Assembly (NCBI GenBank): GCA_014905635.1
Contig: JABVCE010000037.1
Location: 62,001-126,000, forward strand
DNA: 64,000 bases
Source: Scenedesmus sp. PABB004
Taxonomy: Eukaryota
Reading direction: 5' to 3'
This document shows, in pieces, positions 50,942-63,876 of this stretch; positions within the stretch are counted from its first letter, which is position 1; every line of letters starts with the position of its first letter. Made by a program: the position numbers and the translations under genes. The notes under the pieces are model-generated. The model had not been told where the DNA came from and ran no database searches. It saw only the letters and a list, made by a program, of their open reading frames with translations.

Positions 50942-53900
50942 AGGGGGCGGGGGCGGCGGCCGGGGCAGGCTTGCGGCGGCGGCGGCGCGCCGTGCGCGCG
51001 CTGCCGCGGGCCGCCGCCGGCTGGGCTGAGCGCCCGCCGTCGCTCCCCCGCGGCGCGCGCGCAGGTGCACCGCAGTGCCAAGCTGCTGGACGTGCTGGGC
51101 GCGGCGCGCTACGACTCGCTGCTGGACGAGCAGGAGGAGATGCTGCGGGAGACGGTCGGCCGGCGGCGCTGGTGGAACCGGTGCGCCCGCGGCCCCGCCG
51201 CCGCCCGCGGCGCCCGCGCGGCTGCCCGCAGCGTCCGTGCGCCTCCCCGCCCGCTGCGCGCCGCCGCGCTCACGCCGCGCTCACGCGTGCGCGCGCCGCC
51301 ACCGCACGCGGCACGTGGCAGGTGGATGCGGAGCCTGACCAGCTGGACGGGCCAGGAGGGCGTGGAGGCGGCGGCGCGGCACACGGTCGCGACCGACCCC
51401 TCCCACATTGACCTGGCGCATGATGTCATCCAGGTGGGCGGGTGGGCGGGCGGGTGGTGGGCGGGGCGAGAGGTGGCTGTGCGAGGAGAAGGGGGGCAGG
51501 AGAGGAGGGAGCGACAGCGGCTGGCGCAGCGCCGGCGCGCCGGCGCTGACGTGGCGCGTCCGCCGCCGCCGCGTCCGCGTCGGCCGCGGCGCCACAGGGC
51601 GACTTCCACCGCGACGCGGTGAGCTTCAAGTCCCGCACCGCCACGAGCGACGACGTGGTGCTCACCGTGCCCGACGCGCAGTCCGCGACGCGCGGCGGCG
51701 GCGCCGGCGCTGGCGGTGACGGCCGCGCCGGCGGCGGCGCCGACAGCAGCGTGTCCGCGAGCCGCTTCAACAGGTGCGGCGCGGCGCGGGGCTGGCGCGC
51801 GCGCGCGCGCACGGGCGACTCCAGAGCTGGGCAGCGGGGCGGGGCGGCGGCGCGGCGCCGCCGGCGCTGCAGGCCGCCCTCGTGCTGCCGCCGAGCCCGC
51901 GCCCCGCGCGCCGCGCGCCGCGCAGCGAGGAGGACGCGGCGCGGCGCGATGAGAAGGGGGAGGACATCGGCAGCCTGGTGGCCTTCAAGTGGTGGTCCCA
52001 CGTGCGGCCCGCGCCCCGCCGCGCCGCGCCGCCGCGGCCGGCGCAGCCGCAGCGCCCGCCGTGGTTTGTATTTGGGGGGTGCGCCTCGCCCCGGCGCCGC
52101 GCGCCGCGCGCCCGCGCCGCCGTCGACCGCCGCGCGCGCGCGCACCCCCCGGCCCCCCCAGGTGGACCACGTGGCGGCCGCGGACGGCAAGCTGCGCCGG
52201 CTGACGGAGGAGGAGAGCGCTGTGGACACGGTCAAGAAGGTGCGGCGGCCCCGCCCCGAGGGGTTTGGGTTTAGGGTTCAGGGTTGAAGGGGAGGGGCCG
52301 CCGCCGCCGCCGCCGCCGGCGGCCTCCGTCCCTCGCTGTCCCCCACCTCGACCCTCCGCGCGCCGCGCCGCCTCTTTTCGCCTCTCCCCGCCCGCCAACG
52401 CCCACTTGCGCACCCCCCCCCCCCCCGGGCCCGCCGCCAGGTCATGCTGGCCAAGCCGAGCGTGCGCTACCGGAAGACCGTCAACGCTGTCGACCGGCAC
52501 GGCCACCGCACCGCGGTCAACGCGCAGCAGTATGCGGTGCTCGTCACCAACGTCAACTCGCCCTGCTACCCAGAGCACGCGCCCTCGGCGTGAGCCCCCG
52601 CGCCGCGGCCGGGCGCTTTGCGGGGCGCTTGGGGGGCTAGGGGGGCTAGGGGTGAGGCGTGGTGTGGGCTGCCTCGCGCCGCAGCCGCCCCTCACCCGCT
52701 CGCGCGCTCGCGCCTCGTCCCCTCGCTCGCAGCACCTACGTGCCCGGCGCGGGCAAGTGCGGCGCGCTGGGCCCCGGCGCGCTGCCGCCGCGGTGCGCTA
52801 CGAGCTGGAGGGGCCCACCGCCGGCCACGCCGCCGCGGAGGCCACGCCGGGCGGCGGCAAGGATGTGGAGGCGGGCGGGCACGGAGGTGAGGCGTGCTCA
52901 GGGGCGAGAGACATGGCAGGGGGGAGCACGCGCCAGCGCGGCGCGGGGGCTCCGCTGCGCTGGCTGCGCGGGTGCCGCGCGCGACGCGCCCGCCCGTGCC
53001 CGCCCCCAACCCCCGGCCACTGCCGCCGCCCCAACCCCCCGCCGCGGCAGTGACGGGGCCGCCGTCGCCGCGCGGGCCGCCGCGGTCGGGCGCGGAGCTG
53101 TGGGCGCGCGTGCGCCTGCACCGCGAATCGGGCGCGCTGCGCGCGCTGGGCGTGAGCTCCTCATACAGCATGGTCGCCAGCATCTTCAGCGCCCTCTTCC
53201 CGCACGACTTTGACCGGGTGCGTGGTGGGTTGAGGCCACCCTAAACCCTCAAACCCCATCCGCGCCGCGGGGACCCGACGGCGGGCTCGCCAGGGCGTTG
53301 GGAGCGCCGCCCCGAGGCGCAGCCGGCGGCCTGGGCGGCACTGCGCGCGGCGGCGGCGGCGCGCCGCGGCGGCGCGCCCGAGCTCTGAACCCCGCCGCCC
53401 CAAACCCTGCACCCCTACTAAACCCCCGCAACCCCTTAAACCCTCCCCGCAGGTTGTCCCGGTGTTCAACTACCGCCGCGTCGACCTGCTCATGCGCGTG
53501 TGGGACCGCAAGCAGGGCCAGCTCGAGCACGCGCTCTTCATGCTCGAACGCACCGGCAAGCGCCCCGTGTGCAACACCTCCTGCTGCAAGGGGCCCAAGG
53601 TCGCCCGCCGCCGCGCCGCGCCGCGCCGCGCGCCGCGCCGCGCGCCGCCGGGGGGCGTGCGGTGGGGTTGTGGGCGGCGCCGTCCCCCTGGCGCCGCCGC
53701 CGCCGCCGCGGCTGCCGCCCGTGGTCCTAAACCCTGCCTGCCCCTTGCGCCCCTAAACCCTGTCAGGTGGACAAGATCAACAAGCTGCGCGCCGAGATCG
53801 CCGCCCTGGAGCCGCGCATCCTCGCCGAGCGCGCCGCGGCGCTGCAGTACGGCATGACGCCCAGCTGGTTTGTGCTGTTCAGGTGCGGCTGGCGGGCGCC

Positions 53901-56900
53901 AGGGGCGACGATGCGCGCGCGCGCGCGCGGCGCTGTGCGTGTGCCTGGGCGGCCGCGCTGCCGGCGGCCGCGTGCGGGGCCGCCCCGCTCAAGCGCCCAC
54001 GCCCGGCGCCGCGCGCTGCGTGCTCACCCCCCGCCCCGCGCCGCGCGCCGCGCCGCGCGCCGCCCCCCCCCCCCCCCCCCCCCGCCCGGCGCGGCCGCGC
54101 GCAGGAGCCAGACCGCGGCGGCCATCGCGGCGAGCTGCAACATCCTGCCCATGAACCAGGACCTCTTCCAGGTCCGTTGACCGCCGGGCGGGTTTGACCG
54201 CCGGGCGGGTTTGACCGGGGCGTTGACCGGGGCGCTGACCGGGCGATCGCCGCGCGCGCGTCGCCCGCGTCGCGCCCCCGTGGACCCGCCGCGCCGCGCG
54301 CCACAACGCGCCGCGGTCCGCGGTGCGCAGGTGCACCCGCGCCGGGGCCCGAGGAGGTCAACTGGGAGAGCCTGTGGTTCAACCACGGCCAGCGCGTGCT
54401 GCGCGGCTGGCTGACCGTGCCCGCGGTCGTGTTTGTGGTGCTGCTCCCCGTCTCGCTGCTCACCTCGGCCATCTCCTCACTCAACAGCCAGGCGCGGCCG
54501 CGGCGCGGCGGCTGCGGCAGAGGCGGCGGCGCGGCACAGTGTGCAGCGCCCCGCGCCGGCGCCCGCGCCCCGCCCTCTCACCCCCCCCCCCCGACACCCA
54601 CCCACCCACACAGTTCTGCGCCGCCGTCAACTGGGAGTTCTACTGCCGCCGCCAGGCGCGCCGCGCCGCCGCCGCGCTCGCCGCCCACGCGCTCTGCCCC
54701 CCCCCACACCCCCCAACGCCCCCCCCCCACCCCGCACCCCGCGCAGGACTTTGTGGGCAAGGCGCTGCGCGGCCTGGTCACGGGCTTCCTGCCCAGCCTG
54801 CTCGTCACGCTGTGGCAGGGCCTCGCGCTGCCGCGCCTGGTCTACATGATCGCGCAGAGCGAGGGCCGCCACCTCTCACTCTCGGCGGTCGACCGCCGCA
54901 TGGGCGAGATCTACTTGTGAGCCCCTGGGGCTTGGCGGTTTGGGGTTTGGGGGCTGCGTGTGGGGTTTAGGGGGCACAGGGCTGCGTGGGAGCCCTGTCG
55001 CAGGCAAGGGGCTTGCGGGTTAAGGGGAAGGGCTTCGAGGGGCTGGGGCTGGGGCCGCTGGCGCGCGGCGGCCGCCGCGTGCTTGGACCCCCCGCTGAGC
55101 GCCGCCCGCCCCTGCCCCCCTGCCCCCCTGCCCCCCTGCCCCTCCCCCCCTCCCCTCTTGTGTCAGCCTGTGGGACATCTTCAACATGTTCCTCCAGGCG
55201 CGCCGCAGGGGGCACGGCCAGCAGCCCGTGGGGGGGCTCCGCCCCAGCATTGGGGGCACCGCCGCGGCGCCCCGGGGGCACCGCCAGCACCGCCGCGCGC
55301 GCCTACGCGCCCGCGCCCGCGCCAAGCCTCGCCGCGGCCGGCCCGCGCCGCAACTCGGCCTCCGCCGCGCGCACACGCACACACGCACACGCACAACCGC
55401 ACACGCCCACCCGCCAGGGCGTGCTGGGCAGTGCCGCGGTGTCGACGGCGACGGGGGCCAACGCGTTCATGCAGACCAAGACGTTCGCAGAGAACCCGCA
55501 GGAGGTGCGGCGCAGGCGGCGCACGGCGCCGCGCCGCGCCGCGGGCGCTGTGCGCGTGCAGGCTGCTGGGCGCGCGCGCCGGGCCGCTCGCCCCAACCCA
55601 CCGCCGCCCGCCCGCCAACACCACGGCACGCACTCGCGCGCGCCCCCCGCCCGCGCCTCGGCCCCCGCCACCTCTCCACCTCTCACCCCTCAATAATCCT
55701 AAAACCCAAAAGCCTTAAACCCTTAAACCCCCGCCCCACTCACCCCATAAACCCTAAACCCTAACACCCCACCCACCGCCCCGCAGGTCCCCAACCTCCT
55801 CGGCCAGGCCCTGCCCGCGAGCAGCAAGTTTTTCTTCATCTACGTCATCATGCGCACACTGATGACCGTGCCCCTGCGCTTCCTCATCACCCAGCCCGGC
55901 GTCTGGCAGTGCTGGCTGCGGTGGGTGGTGTTGCGGGGTGTCGCGGGGTGTTGCGGGGTCGCGGGGTTTAGGGGGGGGGGGGGGGGGCTGGGCGCGACGC
56001 GGGGGCGCGGGGCCGCGCCACCGGCGCGCGCGCGCCTCGTACACGGTAGCGGTGCGTGATCGCTCGCGCGCACGAGGCGCGCGCGCGGCGCGGGCGCGGC
56101 TGTCGCCGCCGCCGCCGACGGGGGCGCGGGGGCGCGGGGGGCAAGGGCGGCGCGCAGAGCCGCGCCCGCGCCGCGCGCGCGCGCCTCGCTCACGAGCGAG
56201 GGAGACTCCCGCCCGCTGCTGAGCGAGACGCCGCGCGTGCGGCGCGGGCGCGGCTGCACGGCCCCGTCCCTCACGCGCTCCCCCCCCCCCTCCCTCCCTC
56301 CCTCTCCCTCCCTCTCCCTCTCTCCCCCGCCCTCCCTCGTCCCTCTCCCTCTCCCTCTCTCCCCCGCCCTCCCTCTCCCGCCCACCCACACACACACAGA
56401 CACATGCACACACACACCCTCACACACACACACACACCCTCACGCCCTCACACCACACCCACCACGCCCTCACGCGCGTGGCCGCAGGCTCATGGACATG
56501 TTCCCGCCCTGCCGCGGCCCCGTGCCGCCGCGCACGACCTACATGCGCCACGCCATCCGCTCGCCCCGCTACGGCGTCGAGTTTGGGAGCAGCCTGCTGG
56601 TGATGCTCATCTGCCTGTCTTTCAGCATCATCGCCCCCCTCATCGTGGTGCTGGGCGTGGGCTTCTTCGCGGGCATGTGGGCCTTCTGGCGGTGCGTGGG
56701 GCGGAGGGGGGGGGGGGCTGCGTGCGGGCGCTGGCGCGGCGCTGCGTGCGCGCGGCGCGCCCCATGTGGCCCGCCCCCGTCACCCGCTCACCCCCTCAAC
56801 TTCACCCCTCAACCCTCGCTCGGTCGCACGCACCCTGCGCTCAACCCCTTTGCCCCTTGAACCCCTAAACCCTCAAACCGCCCCTCAAACCGCCCCCTAA

Positions 56901-58006
56901 ACCGCCCCCTAAAACCGCCCCCACTCCCCCCTAAACCCCAGGTACCAGCTGATCTTCAACTACCAGCGCAAGTACGAGGCGGGCGGCCTGCTGTGGCCCT
57001 TTTACGCCAACCGCGTGCTCGTGTGCACCTTCATCACGGTCGCCTTCACGGGGTGGGTGGCGCGGGCGGCGGCCCCAGGGACGCGGGCTTGCTTTGGCTG
57101 TGGTTGTGGCTGTGGCGCTGTGTGTGCGTGTGTGGGAGGGAGAGGGGGGGGGGGGTGCAGAGGGAGCGGCGCCGCTCGGGGGGCTGGCGGCCGCACACCG
57201 CCCGCCCACACCGCCCGCCCACACCGCCCGCCCACACCGCCCGCCCCCCCGCGCCCGCGCCCCGCGCGCGCGCGCGCACCACCACCCAGGTGCGTGATGA
57301 TCGTGAAGCGCGCGTTTGTGCAGGCCAGCCTGCTGTGGGTGGGCGGCTTCATCGGCATCATCGCGTTCAGGACGTGAGCCGGCGGCGGCGCCGCACCGCC
57401 GCGCCGCACCGCCACCGCCGCGCGGGCCTTGCCCCCCCCCCCCCCTTCCTCACCCTCCCTCTTCCCGCTCCTTTTTCGAGCCCTCGCCCGCCAAAACTTC
57501 AAACCCTGCCTCCCTGCCCCCCCCCCCCCTAACCCTGCCCCCCTAACCCTGCCCCCTAAACCCTCCCCCCCCCTAAACCCCAGGCGGCTCAACCGGCGCT
57601 ACATGAACGCGATCGCGGAGATGCCGCTGATGCTCGCCGCGCTCGCCCCGCGCGCGCGCGTGCCGCCCACGGCCTACGTCCCGCCGCCGCTGCAGGCCAA
57701 CGGCCTCGGCTGGTACCCAGAGTTCAACAAGGTCTGGGAGTGGTTCGGTGAGCCGCGCGGCGCCCCGGGTGACTGGCCTTGGTATGTTGTTGTTTTGTTG
57801 TGTTGTTATTATGTTACATGTGTTATGCCTTCCTGTTGGGTGGAAGCAGGGCGGGGGGCGGGGTTGGGGGGCGGAGGAGGGAGGGAGGGAGGGCGTGGCG
57901 GAGGGCGCGCGGCGCGGCGCGGCGCGGCGCGGCGCTGACGCCGCCGCCCCCCGCGCGTGCCCCCGCGCGCGCCGCCGCCGCAGGCATGCCCGGCTACAGC
58001 TACTGA
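49217..58006 (+). CDS. OSCA/TMEM63/CSC1-like (ERD4) calcium-permeable stress-gated cation channel (more than 20 exons)
   Basis: SAGLDAL; CLVLPL; SRVTMANI; QYAVLVTNV; SWFVLFRSQTAA; APGPEEVNWESLW; LVTGFLP; FFFIYV; FSIIAPLI; YQRKYEAGGLLWP; stop TGA 58004-58006. Confidence 0.92.
49368..49423. repeat. (CCG)n microsatellite in first intron of the OSCA gene
   Basis: About 18 uninterrupted CCG units. Confidence 0.95.
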
Positions 58007-59105
58007 GCGACTGAGCCCCTGGCCGGCGGCGCCGGGGGAGGACAGGCGGTGGTGGTGGGGGGGGCGGGAACAGGGGGGAGGGGAGGGGGCCCCCAGGCGG
58101 CGCGTGCGCGGCGCGCGCCCGGCAGAGGGCGGCGGCCGCCGCCGCCGCGGGCGGGGGGGGGAGCAGGGGCCGGGGCCGCGCGCGCGCGCGCGCGCTCTCT
58201 GATCAGCGGCGCCCGCGGCGCGGCGGGCCGACGCACGCACAACGCATGCCCCTGCCCTGCACCGCGGCGTGGCACCTGGCCACGCGCGCGACGGCACGGC
58301 GGCGACCAAGCGGCGGCCTCTCTTCACACATACAAGCACGCGACGCACATCCACGCACACACGCGGCGTGGGCTGGCGCGCGCGCACGGGGGAGCAGCTT
58401 GGGGCACAACCGGGGGACGGGGGACGGCGGCGCGCTGGGGGTGGGGGTGGGGGTGTTTGCCGGCCGCGCTCGCCCGGGCGGCGGCGCGCGCGGCGCGGCG
58501 CCTGGGTGAGAGTGCTGTTCGGCGTCTCTGCTTGACTAGGGCCGTGGACTGCGCCCGTGACCGGCGGACGGCGCGCGTGTGCGCGTGCTCTTGGCCCCGC
58601 GTCCTGCAACGGCGGGGGGCGGGGCGCGCACGCGGCCGCGCGTCGACGCCCAACAACAACGCACGCCCGCCGAACGATCGCGGGGAGACTAACTGAGAGC
58701 GCTGTGCTGCCGTGGTAATGGTGGTAATGGATGGATGGCGGCGCTGAGGCGGCGGCAGCAGCGCGCTGACGCGGCGGCTGTGCGCGGCCCGCTGCGCCCG
58801 ATCCAGCTCGCGCGCGGGCTCCCACGCGTTGGCGACTGATTGAGCAGCGTCTTGGTGCACCAGCCGGGCAGCACGCGCGGCGCTGCAGTTTGCGCAAACG
58901 CCGGTCGGGGAGCGGAGCAGCCGCGAGCCCCCGGCCCGGCACCCCCCGCACGCGCACGCCACACATTGCCTCGCGGGTTGTTTTGGGCTCGTGGGACGCT
59001 TTTTGGGAGTGCCTCTGGGCCGCGGCCAGCCCGGAGTCGCGCGACTCCGCCCGAAAACGCGCGGAGCTGCCGGGGCCGCGGGCGGGGCTCCCCGACGCAG
59101 CGCAC

Positions 59106-62100
59106 ATGGCGCAGCGTTGCCATCTTGCGGTGATGCTGCGCTGGCTGGCGCTGGCGCTGGCGCTGACGCTGCTGCAGGGCGCGGCAGGTGGGTGATGTCT
59201 GGCCGCAGTCAACGCCGCCGCGCGCGCCCGCCGGGGCCCTGAAGGCAGCCGTCGGGTGTCTGACGGTGTGATAGGGTAGCGTTGCGCACCAAGAAGCAGC
59301 GGCAACGACGCCTGACGCGCCGCCGCCGGCGCCGCACAGGCCAGGACACGATCGACCCGGGCACGCCCGAGCCGGCCACGCCGTGCACGCCCAAAGGTAG
59401 GCGGGCGCTCCGGCACGGGCTCCCCGTCTCGTTCTAGCAAGGACGCGCAGCGGGCTCACGCCGCGCATGCCGCTCACGCCGCCGCGGCGCGCTGTGTGCG
59501 CAGTCGACCTCCCGGCCTCGATTTCAAACGCCGGCAAGCCGCCGCTGGAGGCGGGGCAGAAGCCCAACGTCGTACTCATCGTCACGGACGACCAGGTGGG
59601 CCGCCGCGCTGCCGAGCAAGGACGCGCCACCGACACTGGCGCAGCTCCGCGCCGCCCGCTGGCGCGCCCGCGCGCGCCCGCGCGCGCACGCCCCCCGCCG
59701 CCGGCGCCGAGCGCTGGCGCTCCTGCTGCTGCTGTCCCTGCCGCTGCCGGCGCAGGGCTGGGACGACATCGGCCTGCACAACCCCAAGTGGCTGGCGACG
59801 CCAAACCTCGACCGCTTTATGGCGGGCGGCACGACGTTCACCAACTTTTACGTGTCCCCGCAGTGCGCGCAGACGCGCGCGAGCATCTTCACCGGCCGCC
59901 ACCCTGCGCGCACGAGCACGCTGCGCGTGCACAGCGGCTGGGATTTCATCCACGAGGGTGCGTGCTCGTGTGCGTTTGTGTGCGTATGAGCGTGTGTGGG
60001 TGTGTGGGTGTGGGTGTGTGGGTGGGTGTGTGTGTGGTGGGGGGGGGGGGGGGGGGGGGCGCTGGGCCCGCTCAGCCGCGTGCGTTCATCCGAGAGGGCT
60101 CGGACGGCGGCGGCGGCGGACGCTCCGCGTGACGCCCGCCGCCGCCCGCCGCCGCGCAGACGAGACGTACCTGCCGGAGCGCCTCGTCACCGCGGGCTAC
60201 GCGACGGCCCACGTGGGCAAGTGGCACAACGACAAGGCGAGCCCCTGCGCGGGGGCGCCAGCACGGGGCGCAGCGAGGCGGGGCCGGGCCGCGGCCGCGG
60301 CCGCGCCGCCTCCGCGGAGCTGGGGCGAAGCTCACCCCGGCTGCACAAACACACGCACGCCCCCCCCCCCCCCCACACACACACACAGGTCATGGGCTAC
60401 GAGCCCTGGAACCACGGCTTCCAGGTCGCCTGGGCCTCGCCCAGCAGCTCCGTGAGCGAGGCCGAGGCACCCCGCGGCGTGGCGAGCGCCAACCGGATCA
60501 TGCGGTGCGCCCGCGGGTCCAGCAGGCCCCGCCAGGCCGCCGCGCAGCGCAGCGCTGCCGCGTCGTTGGCCGACATTCCGCCCGCCGCCGCCGCCGCCGC
60601 GCGGGCCGGGCCGGGCCGTGTCCGCAGGCTCAACGGCGCGTACGTCGCGGCGCGGCGCAACACGGGGGGCGGCAAGACGCTCGACGACGCGCTCAACTCC
60701 CGCAGCATCACCTTCCTGCGCCGCCGCGAGATTGGGGGCGTGTCGACGCGCGCCGACGCGCCGTTCTTCATGCACTACGTGCGTGCGTGTGTTAAGCCCC
60801 ACTTGGCCAGGGTTAAGGGTTTAGGGAGAGGGCTCGCGGCGGGGGCAGGGACAGGGCAGGGCTGATCGCAGGGCGAGGGCGTGCGCAGGGCCTGACCGCC
60901 GCGCCGCGCGCCGCCCGCCGTCGCGCCCGCCGCCGCCGGTCGCGCAGGCGCTGCACAGCATCCACCAGGTCACGCGCATGGCGTCGGGGCGGCCCACCAA
61001 CCCCAACCGCGCCTACCCGGCCTCCTACATGGACCGCCTCCGCGCCGATCCGCGCATGGCCGGCGTCACGCCCCAAACGCTCGACGTGAGAGAGCCCTCG
61101 GGGAGCCGCCGCGGCTGCGCCTCGCGCGCCGCCGCCCCCCTCAAACCTAAACTCTGGACCCTGACACGCCTCCCCCCTGTCGCCCGCGCCTCCAGGCGTG
61201 GGCCAACATCATGTACCTGGACGACCTGCTGGGCAACATCTTCACCGCGGTGCGCGCCCCCGCCGGGCCACCACCGCAGCTCGCGGCCCCCGGCCTGTTA
61301 GCTCGGCACGCGCCGCGCGGGGCGCGGCCGACGCGCTCGCCGCCGCGCCGCGCCGACTCGCCCGCCGCCGCCGCCGCGGCGCCGCCTCGCTTCCCCTTCC
61401 GATTGCCCAGATTGACTCTGACCCGGTGCTGCGGAGCAACACTTACGTCATGGTCATGAGTGACAATGGCGCAGCGCTGTTCGGGGACGAGAAGAAACAG
61501 CCCGCGCGGCGGGTGAGGCGCCGCGCGCGCGGCCGCGCACGCGACGCCTGCGTGCGCCCAGGCCGCGCCGGCGCGCGCGCGCGCGCGCGCCCGCGCCGAC
61601 GCCGCCCGCCGCCCGCCCCCGCACGCGCGCGCGCGCGCGCGCCCCGCCGCAGCGCCGCATGCCCTCTCTCATGCGCGGCGGCAAGCACGCGGTGACGGAG
61701 GGCGGCATCCGCAACTTCCTCACCGTCCAGGGCCCCGGCGTCGCGGCGGGGGTGCGCGACAGCACGCTGCTGGACGTGACAGACCTGGTCCCCACCATCC
61801 TCGACCTCGCCGGCATGACGCCCCTCCGCGCGGCGGGCGGCGCCGAGCCCGCGGCCGCGGCGGTCGCGCCGGCGGCGGGCTTTGACGGCGTGAGCTTCGC
61901 GGGCCTGCTGCGCCCCGGCGGCAGCGCCGGCGCGGCGGGCGGCGACCGCATGCTCTATTTCCTGGGGCCCTACTGCTGGGACGCAGATTCGGTGCCCGAG
62001 CTCGACGAGACGCGGTGCGGCGGCGGCGGCGGCGGGGCGGCGGCGGCTGGGGCGGCGCAGCGCACGCGCGTGCACGCAGCACGGGCCCCTTCCCCTGAGC

Positions 62101-63876
62101 GCGGCGCGACCGCCGCCGCCCACGCACGCCGCCGCGGCGCCGCGCGCCGCAGGTCGATCATCCGCCCGCAGCTGCTGCTGGACTACGACAAGGGCGCGTA
62201 CAAGGGCGCGCCCAACTGGCGCCCGGGGACGCGCCCCGGCTTCCAGGACTGCCTCGCCATCCGCTGGAAGGACCTCAAGTGGGTCGGCCTGACCAACAAG
62301 GTCTATCGGTGAGCGGGCGGCGCCCGCGCGGGGCGGGAGGGCGGCGCGCGGCCGCCGAGCAGCCGCGCCGCGGCGGCGCAGCACTGCCACTGCTGAGCGC
62401 GGCGCGGGCGCGGGCGTGGGGGGCGCCAAGCGGCGCCGTGTACCCGCCGCTCGCTCAACCGCCGCTCGCTCGCGCACCGCGCCCACACCAGGCTCAAGCC
62501 CGGCACGATGCACGTAGAGGCGGTGTGCAGCGAGGTGCCTGAGTCCGAGGCGGCTGGGCTGCGGACCGTGTTTGACCGCGCCGCGCGCGAGTGGTGGGCA
62601 GACGTCGTGGCGGACCCGCACAGCTTCAGCAAGCCGCTGTTCTTCATGGGCCTGGGGTCGGCCAACGTGACCAACGTCCTCGCCGCGGGCGCGCACGACC
62701 GCACGCCCGGTCGCGTGCGCCTCATCGCCAACGGCCTGCACGGCTTCTCGCAGCCAGGCGACCGCGCCTGCTACAAAGTCAAGGTGCAGCGGCCCGCCCG
62801 CCCGACCCCCGCCGGCGGCCTGCCCGCCCCGCGCGACGCCGCGTGTGGCCGGCCTCGCCCGCCGGCGCCGCGCCGCGCGCGGCCGCCCGCCTCAAGCGCC
62901 ACCGCCGCCGCCGCGGCCGCCACTGCCTCGCGCGCCGCCGCCAGGTCCTGTCGGGCGGGACGTACAGCGCTGTGCTCATGTACACCGCGCCCGCACCGGC
63001 CACGTTCCGGCTCTCCCTCGGCACCTGGGCCGCCATCCGCGACGGCTCGGCGCCGAGCCTCACGGCGCAGCTCCCGGCGCAGGTGCGGCCGCGCGCCGCG
63101 CGCCGCGCACACCATCAACGCCGTCACGCGCCTGCATGCTCGCTCACGCGGCCGCCCGCCCGCCGCCGCCGCTCGCGTCGCAGGCCAAGGAGGCGGGCGT
63201 GGACTTTGGCGCGTTCACCGGCCTGCCCGTGACGCCGGAGGGCACCAAGCACGAGATGTGCCTGGAGCTGGTCACGGCGCCAGAGGGCAGCAGCGGCGAC
63301 GTGCTCACGCACCTCGCAAACATCCGACTCACGCGCCGCGACGACCTGCCCACCACGCTCACGCCCGCTGGCCCGCCGTTGCCGGCGCCCGCGCCGGCGC
63401 CTGCGCCGGACGCGTCGCCCGCGCCCGCACCCGCGGCGTCGCCCGAGCCCGGAGCGCCGGACGCGTCGCCCGCGCCGGACGCGTCGCCCGCGCCGGACGC
63501 GTCGCCCGCGCCTGACGCGTCGCCTGCGCCGGACGCGTCGCCCGACCCGGGCGCGTCGCCCGACCCGGGCGCGTCGCCCGACCCTACGCACACCACGCCC
63601 GGCGCGCCCGACGTGCCGCCCGGCAGCGTGACCGCCGCCGTGGGCGCGCCGCGCAGCTCGCTGCCGATGGCGAGCAAGGCGGCGGGCATCGACATCGCGT
63701 CGCACGGCTGGCTGCGCAGCGTGGTGCCGGGCGGCGCGGCGCGGCGCGACCCGTGGGGCGCGCTGCGTCAGATGTACGGCTGGGTGGACGGGCAGGACGT
63801 GCTGGAGTCCATGTTCTCTCCCTTTGACGCCGAAGACATCATGGAATGCGATGAGTGCCTGCCGACCATCGCCTAG
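59106..63876 (+). CDS. Secreted formylglycine-type (S1) sulfatase with C-terminal extension and Pro-rich repeats (about 14-15 exons)
   Basis: Signal peptide; KPNVVLIVTDDQGWDDIG; TPNLDRF; FYVSPQCAQTRASIFTGR; GYATAHVGKWH; PFFMHY; NTYVMVMSDNG; RGGKHAVTEGGIR; DLVPTILDLAG; stop TAG 63874-63876. Confidence 0.92.
63403..63585 (+). repeat. Coding 18-bp minisatellite (APDASP / DPGASP hexapeptides)
   Basis: GCGCCGGACGCGTCGCCC units seen directly. Confidence 0.9.
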
